Shown here: one piece after another, positions 1 to 10,828 of the stretch
Layout: every line of letters starts with the position of its first letter
How positions within the stretch are numbered: the stretch's first letter is position 1
IMG/VR virus record: IMGVR_UViG_3300032330_000294
Coordinates: 1 to 49,629 of that record
Direction: 5' to 3' (one strand)
DNA from: a virus
Taxonomy: Duplodnaviria > Caudoviricetes
DNA length: 49,629 nucleotides
Made by a program: the position numbers and the translations under genes
Notes under the pieces: model-generated
The model's database searches: none
What the model was told of the DNA's origin: nothing
The model's input: only the letters and a program-made list of their open reading frames with translations

Positions 1-1
1 A

Positions 2-2131
2 GCAGGTGGTACTGTTGCATATAAAGGTAGTTCATTAGCACAGTTTGCTGCTACAACATCATCTGAATTAGCAGGAATTATAAGCGACGAAACTGGTAGT
101 GGATCATTAGTATTTGCTACTAGCCCAACAATTTCAGGACATCCTACAATTGAAGGAGTTACTTCGACTGGTGCTACTGGTACTGGTAAATTTGTATTTG
201 ACGGAAGTCCTTCTTTAACTACACCATCACTAGGTGTTGCTACAGCAACTAGTATTAATAGTTTAACTATTAGTACATCAACCGGTACGTTAACTATTGC
301 TAATGGAAAAACTCTAACAGCAAGTAATACCCTAACATTTACAGGTACAGATACATCGAGTGTAGCATTTGGAGGAGGTGGTACTGTTGCTTATACAGCA
401 GATAAATTAAGTGTATTTGCTGCTACAACATCATCTGAATTACGTGGAGTTATAAGTGACGAAACTGGTACTGGCGCATTAGTATTTGCTACTAGTCCAA
501 CAATAACAACTTCACTTACAACTGACAGTACTAGCTTTAATTTAATTAATACTACAGCAACAACTGTAAATTTTGCAGGAGCTGCTGAAACATTAAATAT
601 TGGATATACTGGTTCATCAGATAGTTCCACATTTACACAAAATTATTCAACTGGGTACGTAGGTAGTGGATATACTAAAACAGTTAACATTGGAACAGGT
701 GGTGATGTTGATAGTATTACTAATGTAAATATTGGTGATACTAACGGTGGTATTACTACCGTTAATAATAAATTGTCAGTTACTAATATAGCATTTAGTC
801 CAAATTTTGTACCCGAGTTAACAAACAGTATCAGTTCGTCTACTGCTATAGGTTTAACTTCAACATCAACATACTATCAAAATTTATCAGGTTCTTCAGC
901 ACAAACTTATAAATTACCTGATGCTACTACATTAACAAACGGTCATACTTTTGTTATTAACAATAATAATACAGCTGGTAATATAACAGTCCAATATGAT
1001 GATGCGACATCAGTTGGTAGTGTTATTCCTGGTGCAAATAAAATTGTAACACTTTATAACAACGGCACGACTAATGGATCATGGGATTTACACGGATTTA
1101 TTCCATCAAATGCAAGCTGGGGATCAAGTGTTTTAGATACTAATGCTACAACATTTAGTGTATTAGTAGCTCCAACAACAATGACCTTTGGATACGGGGG
1201 GACATCAACCGCTACATTAAATGTAGCAACTGGTGCCACTGCTTTAGGAAACACAAAAACTATTAACTTAGGAACAGGGGGTGCTGCTAGTAGCACGACT
1301 AATATTAATGTAGGTAGTTCTAACGGTGGAACTATAACATTTAATAGTCATGTAGTTCTTGAAGGAACTACATCAACCGGATCTACTGGAACTGGAAAAA
1401 TTGTATTCAACACTAGTCCAACAATAACAACTTCACTTATAACTGATAGTACTAGTTTTGATTTATTTAATACTACAGCTACAACAGTAAATTTTGCCGG
1501 CGCCGCTACAACAATTAATATAGGCGATAATAGTGGCACATTAACTATTGGAAATCCAACAGTTGTAGGAACACAAACAACACAGAATCTTTATAATACT
1601 ACAGCCACAACAGTAAACTTTGCTGGCGCTGCTACTATAACAAATATTAGTGATAGCGGAAATATTAATTTAGGAACTAGTACATCAGCAACAACTACTG
1701 TTAAAGTTGGTGGAGCAATAAGTGGAAATACACTTAAGATAGCAAGTACTGCTACTAGCACTATTAATCTATCATCAGATGTAACTACTGGAACAATAAA
1801 TCTATTTACTGATACAACTACTGGAACTATAAATGTTGGATCAACTAATAATGGAATTGTAGACGTAGCATTTACTACAGAAAGCACTAGTACAACAACA
1901 GGCGCAGTAGTTGTAGCCGGCGGTGTTGGTATAGAAAAGAATTTATATGTAGGTGAATCTACAACTATGATATTCAAGACAACAGATCCAGTAGCAGATG
2001 CAGACGGTGTTACTGTATATGCTAAAGATGCCAATTTAGGTAACACAGGGTTATATTATGTAAATAGTACAGTAAGCGGTGAACTAATTAGCAAGAAAAA
2101 AGCATTAGCATATAGCATAGTATTTGGATGA
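2..2131 (+). CDS. Tail fibre / virion adhesin-like protein, 5'-truncated by the window edge
   Basis: The frame of ORF 773..2131 stays open back to base 2 (AGGTVAYKGSSLAQFAATTSSELAGIISDETGSGSLVFATSPT...), so TTG 773 is not the start. Thr/Gly-rich repeats (FNTTATTVNFAGAAT; STSTTTGAVVVAGGVGIEKNLYVG) are typical of T4-like phage fibre proteins. Confidence 0.75.
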   Translation, partial: AGGTVAYKGSSLAQFAATTSSELAGIISDETGSGSLVFATSPTISGHPTIEGVTSTGATGTGKFVFDGSPSLTTPSLGVATATSINSLTISTSTGTLTIANGKTLTASNTLTFTGTDTSSVAFGGGGTVAYTADKLSVFAATTSSELRGVISDETGTGALVFATSPTITTSLTTDSTSFNLINTTATTVNFAGAAETLNIGYTGSSDSSTFTQNYSTGYVGSGYTKTVNIGTGGDVDSITNVNIGDTNGGITTVNNKLSVTNIAFSPNFVPELTNSISSSTAIGLTSTSTYYQNLSGSSAQTYKLPDATTLTNGHTFVINNNNTAGNITVQYDDATSVGSVIPGANKIVTLYNNGTTNGSWDLHGFIPSNASWGSSVLDTNATTFSVLVAPTTMTFGYGGTSTATLNVATGATALGNTKTINLGTGGAASSTTNINVGSSNGGTITFNSHVVLEGTTSTGSTGTGKIVFNTSPTITTSLITDSTSFDLFNTTATTVNFAGAATTINIGDNSGTLTIGNPTVVGTQTTQNLYNTTATTVNFAGAATITNISDSGNINLGTSTSATTTVKVGGAISGNTLKIASTATSTINLSSDVTTGTINLFTDTTTGTINVGSTNNGIVDVAFTTESTSTTTGAVVVAGGVGIEKNLYVGESTTMIFKTTDPVADADGVTVYAKDANLGNTGLYYVNSTVSGELISKKKALAYSIVFG

Positions 2132-2147
2132 TAATTAAGGAAGAAAA

Positions 2148-2495
2148 ATGATTACTAATACACTACTATCGGATAATACACCAACGTCTAGTACAGCGCA
2201 GATTAAAACTATATTCACAAGCAGTGGAGATAGTGCTGTAAATTTAATGGTATTCTGTAATACAGATGATTCTCTTGATGGTCTTTTAACAGTGTATGTT
2301 GTACCAGACGGTCAAAGTTACGGAACTAAACATATTATTATGAAAAATACTAAATTAAATTCGTTAGAAACACTAACATTTTCTACAGAAAAATTAATAT
2401 TAGAAGATGGTGATTCTATACAAGCTAGAGCAACACTAGCCGATGGCGCTACTACAGTAGATATAACAGCAACAGTGAGTTCAATTGTCCTATGA
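2148..2495 (+). CDS. Small putative virion structural protein (115 aa)
   Basis: AAGGAAG RBS; beta-rich sequence ending EKLILEDGDSIQA; ATGA overlap with the next gene. Confidence 0.6.
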   Translation: MITNTLLSDNTPTSSTAQIKTIFTSSGDSAVNLMVFCNTDDSLDGLLTVYVVPDGQSYGTKHIIMKNTKLNSLETLTFSTEKLILEDGDSIQARATLADGATTVDITATVSSIVL

Positions 2496-5400
2496 GATTC
2501 CTTAATCGCCCCACACTCGACGTAAATGATAGTAATCAAAGTGTATATCTTGATACAACAAATAACGTATTAGGAGTTACTGGAGAAATATCTTTATCAA
2601 AAGATATATCTAGCGATCTTAAGACATTCTTAAAAGCATCATCTGCACTAACAGAAAACTATACATTAACACTACCTACAGATCCAGGGTTAGATGGACA
2701 AGTGTTAGCTACTGATGGTAATGGAACTTTAAGATTTACTCCTTCAGATTGGGGCGGAAATAGGATTTTCGTATCTGCTAAAAATGGTAACGATGCTAAT
2801 GACGGATTTAATCAACCAGTTAAAACTATTAAAAGAGCAGCACAAATAGCAGCAAGCTTTTCGGAACCTATTTATGATCCAGGGCAAATAGCTAAAGATG
2901 CACAAGCATTATTAAGAGCAAACAAAGCATTTATAGCTGCTGAAGTTATTGGATTTATCTCCTATTGTGTCACTTATGCAGTGTTCCCATTTACAACAGA
3001 TTTTACTTATAATCAAACTACTTGCAGTAGAGATATTGGATATATAATTGAAGCTGTTACATATGATCTTATTTTCGGTGGTAATGCACAAAGCATTTAT
3101 GCCGGTAACAGTTATTACTCAGCTACAGCAGAACTTGTTATAAGCGATCAAAAAGACCAAAGTATAGCAGCAATGAACTATGCTAAGTATGTTTCTGAAG
3201 CAGTATTAAACAATACACCTTTAACTCCAACAGTAGGTGGGTTATACGATTATGCTTCATATCAATTTGCTACTGTTGATAGTAATGGAGATCCGGCTCC
3301 TACAACAATAGAACAAACAATTGATCTTACTAAAACAAGTATCACTTTATCTTTAACTGGTACAATAACTTCTACATCAACAACAACTACTATAACAGGT
3401 ATATCTAATGTATCTACACTTTGCGCTGGAATGGTATTAACTAAAAATAGTGGTGATGGCGATTTTGGCGGTGCTACAGCTATTACTAATGTTAATTATA
3501 TTACTAGTGTAGTAACGATAAAATCTACTATATCAAACACAACTGGGTCTATTAATTTTACTGGTTCTGCTATTGGTGCTATTAAAAATTCTTACGATAT
3601 AATAACAGGAATACTTGCTAATGGTTTAGACACAGGACCAACCCAAGTTAATCCGTTATATATACCGTTACCTGTAACTATACAAATTGCTGCTGGCGAA
3701 TATTACGAAGATAATCCAATTATTACTCCTGATAAGTCAACAATTATCGGAGACGACTTACGTTCAGTTATTATACGTCCTTTAAATGCAGGAAAAGATA
3801 TGTTCCGGGTTAGGAATGGAATGTATATGTCAGGATTTACATTTAGAGATGCATTGAATAGAAACCCATTAAGCACCGAATACGGAAAACCAACCCATAC
3901 TTGGGGATATTCAATCGCATTTGACGATGTTAGGGACTTTACAGTAAATCGAGCAGCATATATAGGACTTTCACCATCTAAAGTAATTTCAACTTTAAGT
4001 CCATATATACAAAATTGTTCTATCATTTCATTCTTGGGTGGAAATGGTTGTCTAATTGACGGATCAAAAGTAACATCACCAAATGTTCCTAGAATATATG
4101 AAGAAGTAGAAAATCCAGTTAGTGTTCCAGTACCTTCTCAAGGTAAGAGTATGGTCGCTAACGCATTCACTATGGTTAGCTTTGGTGGCACTGGTTGGAA
4201 GATTATAAATGACGCCTATTGCCAATTAGTTAGCTGTTTCCAACTATTCTTGTTAAACGGTGTATATTGCGAAAGTGGCGGGTATTGTTCAATCACAAAC
4301 TCTGCTACTAACTTTGGTTTAAACGCACTAAGATCAGCAGGTTATAGCCCAACTACATTTGATTTTGATAAAGGCATAATAGCAAATATTGGTTCAGACA
4401 ACTCTCTACAAACAATAACTTCTCTAGGACATGGGCGTGTTCCAGTTAATCATTATATATTAAAAATTATTAATTATGATACACTAGAAGATGAAACTGG
4501 AGTACACAAAGCACAAGTAGAAGAATATGTAGAAATTGACGCTGCAACTGCTATTAATAATTCTACTTATGAAATAACAACATTAACTAACCATGGATTA
4601 TCTAACGGAACTACAGTTCTCTATTCAAATGAAGGAAATGCTGATATATATGGACTACTAAGTGGTGACATATATTATGTTTATTATGTTAGTCCTACTG
4701 TAATAAAATTGTATTATGATGGAAGTTTAACAAAACTAGTAAACATACATACAGGAACAGGAACTCATAAATTTACACAAAATATAGAAGATTTCTTTAT
4801 TAATGAAATAACGGATTCTCATTCATCATATCAGAAACTAACATTAAGTTCAAATTCACACACTTTTGTTCCAGGAAATATAATCTATGGTACTGTTGGC
4901 GTACAACAAACTTCTGCATATGTTTATAGTTGGAATGCAGTAAACAGTGAATTAGTAGTTTCATTAATAAACGTTTCAACTGGTGGACAGCAAGATAAAG
5001 TTCTATTTACTAATTCAAGTACTATTACTTCAGACGCTGGTGTATCAATTAATATAACAGTAACTAGTTTTGAAAATATTAGTAATTTATACACAGCAAC
5101 TTATACTATTAGATCAACTGTTAATAATAATTCATTAACTGGTACTTCTATATTACCTAGTAAACGTATTTGGTTAAACAAACCAAGTATTGTTAATAGT
5201 TCAGGTCATACTTGGGAATATGCTGGATCAGGAACAGATTATAATGCACTTCCAGATAACGGTGGTAAAACTATAGTAGCACTGCAACAAGTAGCAGAAT
5301 TACCAGGACGTGTTTATACATCAGGAACTAACGAACTTGGTGACTTTACAGTTGGTAACTTTATTACTGCTTATAACAGAACAGGTAATATCGTGTTTAG

Positions 5401-8400
5401 TAATAAAGTTACTGTAAGCGAACTAACTGCTCTAAAACTTAGTTTATCAGACATCTCAATTACTGCTATTTCAACTGATATTGGGTTAGGTGATAATGAG
5501 CAAGGTGGACCATCAAATACTCGATTAACTACACAACTAGCCCAACGATCATTCCTTGCTAATAGACTTGGAGACTTTATTGACAAACATATTAGCACTA
5601 GTTCCGTTCCAGCAGCAATTGTGCAACTTAATGGTAACGGACAGATTAATGCTGATTTAATACCACCAGTTAGAGGATTCAACACACATCTAATTAATTC
5701 ATATAACGGAAGACTATCTGTATATGAAAAAATTCCAGTTGAAGAAATATTAGCTGGAGATGTTATATCTGAAACATACTATGAGAAAGTTTTAACATTA
5801 AGTGGAAATATTACTGTAGCCGCAGGTGATAAAATCTCCCAAGATTCTACTGGAATATACGGAATTGTTAAAACCGCAACAGTTAATAATATAGTAACAT
5901 TAGTACTTTATTCTTCAGATGAGTTTGATTTTGATCCTTTAAATAATTATAATTTAACAAAATCTACAATTGCATCAAACTATGTAACTACTTCGTCTTT
6001 AGATGTTTATATAGAATCATTAGTTGAACAGACAAATTCAGATAGTTATTATCTAACAATAGACAACTCATCACAATTTTTAAGATTATTAACAACAAAT
6101 AACTATAGATTTACTATTGGAAATCAAGTAAGTGCAGCAGTTAATGAAGCAGTAGGTGATATAAGTGATTATAGATGTGGATTTATAACTGTATTAGGAT
6201 CTTTAATAGCTGGTAGTGGTTATTATTATGATTCAGTAATTACAGATAATAATATATATCGTAATATTGCACTAACTGGAGGAACTGGAAAGTACACATC
6301 AGCAGCAGGCGCAACTAATTCAGGTACAACAATTACAGTAACTAGTACAACAGGTTTAGAAATAGGAATGTTAGTAACCGTAACTGCTGGTACTGGTGCT
6401 TTTGCAGCCGGAACTACTGTTGCTGATATAGCAAGCTCAACAGAGTTTACAGTGTCAACTACTCTAACAACTCCATTATCATCTGGAGCTGTTATTAGGG
6501 CAGACGCTACTGGAGCTCGTGCTGATATATCTATCAACAGTGACGGCACAGTCGGTTCGGTTGATTTATATAGAGGCGGAGTTGGATATCAAGTAGGCGA
6601 TGTTCTAAGTGCTGCCTCTGCCAATATAGGCGGAAGTGTTACTGTACCATTTAGCGTAACAGTAACTTCAATTGAAAAAAGACTATATGTTGATATAACT
6701 AACAATTATAGATTTACGGCTACTAATGTAAATTATAATTTTATACAAGATAATAATGCTAATTCTTTTAGTTTTACATTAGATGATGATCTAGTTATAT
6801 CTTTTAATGCTAATAGTATAGCAGTTCCCGGCGGGCAAGTAGACTACGATAATAATCAAATAATTTTACCTAGCCATGGATTAGCTCACGGTGATCCACT
6901 AAATTATTCTAGTAATGGTAATGCTAGAATAGAATATTTTGATGAACATGATACATTTTATGTAAAAGTAATTGATCCTGATACTATTGAATTATATGTG
7001 GATTATTCTAGATTAGTAAAAAAAATATTTGGTGGATCAGCAGTTGGTACACATAAATTAACAAGATATGCTGTTGATATACATTCAAATCATCTTGTTA
7101 AAGTAGGGCATGGGTTAGAAAGAGGCCAAGCAATTAGGATTAGTAATTTTTCAGACACTGCACCAACTGCTATAATTAATGGATCTGAAAATAGTGTGCT
7201 AGAAAATAGTTATTGGTTTGTTGGAAGCAAAACTGATAATAGCTTTACATTGCATGAATACAGTGTTGATGCAAATAATTCGCGTGATGGAGAAACATTA
7301 AACGAACTTGATTTTGTATCTTCCGGAGTTGGAACTTGCACTTTCGAAGTACAAAATGTAACAGTAACTAGTGTAGTAAATACATCTTCAAAGAATGCTG
7401 AAAATTATAGTATTTTAAGTAATACTTCAATTGACGCTAGTGGAATTATATCCGGAACAATAAACACTACGAGATTAGGAAGTGGAAATGCTACTTCATC
7501 AACTTATCTTAGAGGTGATAGTTATTGGCATACAGTAACAGAATCAATCAGTAAAGGACCTAATAGTCCCATATCATTATCCGGAAATTACACTACAGGT
7601 ACTATATCAATTACAGGATTAGAAGGAAATATTGATACTACGTCAACAACTACAACTGTATCTGGATTATCGAGTACAGCACAGTTGTTTACTGGAATGA
7701 CCTTAACTAAAACTGGAGGATCTGCAGGATTTGGTGGTACTGCTACAATCACATCAATTAATAATAGCACAACTATTTCAATAAGCACTACAAGTAGTAA
7801 TACAGCCGGAACAATCGTATTTACAGCAGAATCAACAGTTGACAAATATTACGGTGATGCTGCAATAGATATTGTTCGGGTAGATAACAATCTTACAGGT
7901 AGTGGAACATATACAAATGTCGGTATCGCATCATATGATAAAACTTATCTAGATATTGGAACTGGAAGTACTATAGGAAGAGTATCAGTAAAACAGGGAG
8001 TTATTGATGCTGGAACCTTAGGCGGCGCTGGAAAAAATTCCTTATACTATCTAACCCCTTCTAACTTCCAGTCATTAGTGCCAATTAACAAAGGCGGTAC
8101 AAATTTAAATGCTTATGCACAAGGTGATATTTTATATGCACCTTCAGTTAATAGTCTTGCAGGATTGAATATAGGATCTCCAGGATATGTCTTAACTGTA
8201 GAGTATGCTACTGGAACCGCTCCAATTTGGATTGGTTATACTGGATCAGCAGGTTCACTAACTCCAAAGATAGTTTATAATGAAGGTCCAACTATTAACT
8301 ATGCATTAGATGCAGGTAGTACTACGTTTGATCTTGTTAATACTACAGCAACAACACTTAACTTTGCCGGTGATACAACATCATTAAATATTGGATATAA

Positions 8401-10804
8401 CGGGTCAAATGCAAGTACAACTAATATATCAACTGGACCTATTAAAGCTTCAACTACTAAAACAATCAATATAGGAACAGGTGGAAACTACGATAGTACT
8501 ACTACTGTTAATCTTGGATATACAGGTAGTGGATCAGCTAATATCAACATTGGTTCTGATGTTAGTGGCACTACTACTATTAGATCAGGAACTGTTGTTG
8601 GAGCATTAACTACACAAAATGTCTTCAATACTGTAGCAACTACAGTTAATGCTTTTGGAGCAGCGACAGCAATTAATATAGGTGCTGCTACTGGTACATT
8701 AACTATTAGTAATCCAACTATAACCGGTACCAATGCTACTACATTTAATATGAATGGTTCAAATCCAAGTATTTCTACAGGTAATACAGGTACAGCAAGT
8801 GTATTTGATACTAATGCACTAACTGGTAAATTATTTGGTTCTGCAACAACAATAAACATAGGTTATGTTGGATCAGCAAATAGTACTACAGTTACACAAA
8901 ACTATTCCATTGGATATGTTGGAAGTAATAGCACAAGAACTGTTAACTTTGCTACAGGTTATATAGGTAGTAATGCTACTAGTACTGTCAATGTCGCAAC
9001 TGGTTACTTAGGAAGCAATTCTACTAATACAATTAATGTTGGTACTGGATTTGTAGGAAGCAATGCTACTAATACAATTAATGTTGGTACCGGGGGAGTA
9101 AGCACTAATGGAACTACTACAGTTAACATCGGTGCTAATACAGGCTATACTGGTAGTGGATCAACTAATGTTAATATTGGTTCTGATATAGGTGGTACTA
9201 CTACTATTAAGTCTTCAATAGTTGTTGGTTATCTTGGATCCCAGGCCTTATTTAATACAACTGCTACAACTGTAAATTTTGCAGGTGCTGCTACTACAAT
9301 TAATATAGGTGCTACTACTGGTACATTAACTATTAATAATCCAACAGTAGTAGGTTCACAGACAACACAAAATCTATACAATACAACAGCAACAACTATG
9401 AATTTTGCTGGCGCTGCTACTACATCAACAGTTGGTTATGTTGGTTCATCTGCGACTACTATAGTTACACAAAACTATTCAATTGGATATGTTGGAAGCA
9501 GTAGTACTAGCACTGTTAATTTTGCTACTGGATATATTGGTAGTAATGCTACTAGTACAACAAATATAGCAACTGGTTATTTAGGCAGCAACAGTGCAAG
9601 TACAATTAATATTGGTACCGGATATATTGGTAGCAATGGATCTAACACAATCAACATTGGTACTGGAGGCGTAAGCACAGGGGCAACTACTACAGTTAAT
9701 GTCGGAACTAATGCTGGTTATACAGGTAGTGGATCAACTAACGTTAACATTGGTTCAGATATCGGCGGTACTACTACTATTAGATCTTCAATAGTTGTTG
9801 GATATTTAGGTTCACAAGCATTATATAATACAACAGCAACAACTATGAACTTTGCTGGTGCTGCTACAAGTTTAACTATTGGTGCTACTACTGGCACAAT
9901 GACTTTACGAAACGCTACAATCGTAGGTGCTAATAGCACACAGACACTATTTAATACTGTAGCAACTACAGTTAATGCATTTGCTGCTGCTACCTCATTA
10001 ACTCTAGGTTATACTAGTACAGCAGCAAGTACAACAAACATATCAACTGGGGCTGTTGCTGCTCTTACAACTAAGACAGTTAATATTGGTACAGGTGGTA
10101 ATGTTTTATCTATAACAAATGTTAACATTGGTGGGTCAACAGGAACAACTACAGTTAATGGCACACTTACAGTTAACGGTAATTACCTAACAGTTGGTAA
10201 TACTGAAACATTTACTTCTACTGGTACAGGAATAACAAACAGTGCAGCAGCACAAGTTGATGGATGGGTATATTCATTATTTAGGAGTGCAAAGTATACA
10301 GCACAAGTAACTTGTACATTGGGCACTAACATTAACACGTATCAAGTAAGTGAAATATTAGTAATACACAATGGTGCTACAGCAACTATGACTGAGTATG
10401 GAGCAATAAAGACCACTAATGATCTAGCAACATTTACTGTAGATTTTAATACTACTACTTCGACAAATACTATTACTGCGGTAGCAACTGGAACAAGTGT
10501 AACATTAGGAACAGCAGCTAGTTATACTATTGGAACCCCTATTACTACAGGCGCAAGTTTAGCAGTTGGTAGTAGTGGATTAGCAGTAAATACTACTTAT
10601 TACGTCGCAGCTACAACTAGTAGTTCAACAACAGTTACTCTTAGCGCAACATACGGTGGCGGGGCTATAACTTTTACTTCTACATTGTTTAGTGTTAACA
10701 ATACAGTAAATATAGGAAATGGACAAGTACGATTCCTAGCGCAAGCAGCAAATAGTGGAGATACTATTACTGTTAAAACACATAGAGTAGCAATAACATT
10801 ATAA
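2492..10804 (+). CDS. Giant tail fibre/structural protein (2770 aa) with pectin-lyase-like beta-helix region and repeats
   Basis: RIFVSAKNGNDANDG..PVKTIKRAA and SPYIQNCS motifs; several HGL..G..(V/L).Y modules; GYxGS repeats; C-terminal FRSAKY...YQVSEILVIHNG...TEYG domain. Confidence 0.75.
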   Translation: MRFLNRPTLDVNDSNQSVYLDTTNNVLGVTGEISLSKDISSDLKTFLKASSALTENYTLTLPTDPGLDGQVLATDGNGTLRFTPSDWGGNRIFVSAKNGNDANDGFNQPVKTIKRAAQIAASFSEPIYDPGQIAKDAQALLRANKAFIAAEVIGFISYCVTYAVFPFTTDFTYNQTTCSRDIGYIIEAVTYDLIFGGNAQSIYAGNSYYSATAELVISDQKDQSIAAMNYAKYVSEAVLNNTPLTPTVGGLYDYASYQFATVDSNGDPAPTTIEQTIDLTKTSITLSLTGTITSTSTTTTITGISNVSTLCAGMVLTKNSGDGDFGGATAITNVNYITSVVTIKSTISNTTGSINFTGSAIGAIKNSYDIITGILANGLDTGPTQVNPLYIPLPVTIQIAAGEYYEDNPIITPDKSTIIGDDLRSVIIRPLNAGKDMFRVRNGMYMSGFTFRDALNRNPLSTEYGKPTHTWGYSIAFDDVRDFTVNRAAYIGLSPSKVISTLSPYIQNCSIISFLGGNGCLIDGSKVTSPNVPRIYEEVENPVSVPVPSQGKSMVANAFTMVSFGGTGWKIINDAYCQLVSCFQLFLLNGVYCESGGYCSITNSATNFGLNALRSAGYSPTTFDFDKGIIANIGSDNSLQTITSLGHGRVPVNHYILKIINYDTLEDETGVHKAQVEEYVEIDAATAINNSTYEITTLTNHGLSNGTTVLYSNEGNADIYGLLSGDIYYVYYVSPTVIKLYYDGSLTKLVNIHTGTGTHKFTQNIEDFFINEITDSHSSYQKLTLSSNSHTFVPGNIIYGTVGVQQTSAYVYSWNAVNSELVVSLINVSTGGQQDKVLFTNSSTITSDAGVSINITVTSFENISNLYTATYTIRSTVNNNSLTGTSILPSKRIWLNKPSIVNSSGHTWEYAGSGTDYNALPDNGGKTIVALQQVAELPGRVYTSGTNELGDFTVGNFITAYNRTGNIVFSNKVTVSELTALKLSLSDISITAISTDIGLGDNEQGGPSNTRLTTQLAQRSFLANRLGDFIDKHISTSSVPAAIVQLNGNGQINADLIPPVRGFNTHLINSYNGRLSVYEKIPVEEILAGDVISETYYEKVLTLSGNITVAAGDKISQDSTGIYGIVKTATVNNIVTLVLYSSDEFDFDPLNNYNLTKSTIASNYVTTSSLDVYIESLVEQTNSDSYYLTIDNSSQFLRLLTTNNYRFTIGNQVSAAVNEAVGDISDYRCGFITVLGSLIAGSGYYYDSVITDNNIYRNIALTGGTGKYTSAAGATNSGTTITVTSTTGLEIGMLVTVTAGTGAFAAGTTVADIASSTEFTVSTTLTTPLSSGAVIRADATGARADISINSDGTVGSVDLYRGGVGYQVGDVLSAASANIGGSVTVPFSVTVTSIEKRLYVDITNNYRFTATNVNYNFIQDNNANSFSFTLDDDLVISFNANSIAVPGGQVDYDNNQIILPSHGLAHGDPLNYSSNGNARIEYFDEHDTFYVKVIDPDTIELYVDYSRLVKKIFGGSAVGTHKLTRYAVDIHSNHLVKVGHGLERGQAIRISNFSDTAPTAIINGSENSVLENSYWFVGSKTDNSFTLHEYSVDANNSRDGETLNELDFVSSGVGTCTFEVQNVTVTSVVNTSSKNAENYSILSNTSIDASGIISGTINTTRLGSGNATSSTYLRGDSYWHTVTESISKGPNSPISLSGNYTTGTISITGLEGNIDTTSTTTTVSGLSSTAQLFTGMTLTKTGGSAGFGGTATITSINNSTTISISTTSSNTAGTIVFTAESTVDKYYGDAAIDIVRVDNNLTGSGTYTNVGIASYDKTYLDIGTGSTIGRVSVKQGVIDAGTLGGAGKNSLYYLTPSNFQSLVPINKGGTNLNAYAQGDILYAPSVNSLAGLNIGSPGYVLTVEYATGTAPIWIGYTGSAGSLTPKIVYNEGPTINYALDAGSTTFDLVNTTATTLNFAGDTTSLNIGYNGSNASTTNISTGPIKASTTKTINIGTGGNYDSTTTVNLGYTGSGSANINIGSDVSGTTTIRSGTVVGALTTQNVFNTVATTVNAFGAATAINIGAATGTLTISNPTITGTNATTFNMNGSNPSISTGNTGTASVFDTNALTGKLFGSATTINIGYVGSANSTTVTQNYSIGYVGSNSTRTVNFATGYIGSNATSTVNVATGYLGSNSTNTINVGTGFVGSNATNTINVGTGGVSTNGTTTVNIGANTGYTGSGSTNVNIGSDIGGTTTIKSSIVVGYLGSQALFNTTATTVNFAGAATTINIGATTGTLTINNPTVVGSQTTQNLYNTTATTMNFAGAATTSTVGYVGSSATTIVTQNYSIGYVGSSSTSTVNFATGYIGSNATSTTNIATGYLGSNSASTINIGTGYIGSNGSNTINIGTGGVSTGATTTVNVGTNAGYTGSGSTNVNIGSDIGGTTTIRSSIVVGYLGSQALYNTTATTMNFAGAATSLTIGATTGTMTLRNATIVGANSTQTLFNTVATTVNAFAAATSLTLGYTSTAASTTNISTGAVAALTTKTVNIGTGGNVLSITNVNIGGSTGTTTVNGTLTVNGNYLTVGNTETFTSTGTGITNSAAAQVDGWVYSLFRSAKYTAQVTCTLGTNINTYQVSEILVIHNGATATMTEYGAIKTTNDLATFTVDFNTTTSTNTITAVATGTSVTLGTAASYTIGTPITTGASLAVGSSGLAVNTTYYVAATTSSSTTVTLSATYGGGAITFTSTLFSVNNTVNIGNGQVRFLAQAANSGDTITVKTHRVAITL

Positions 10805-10828
10805 CAAATTGGTGGAGAGTGAAACCAA

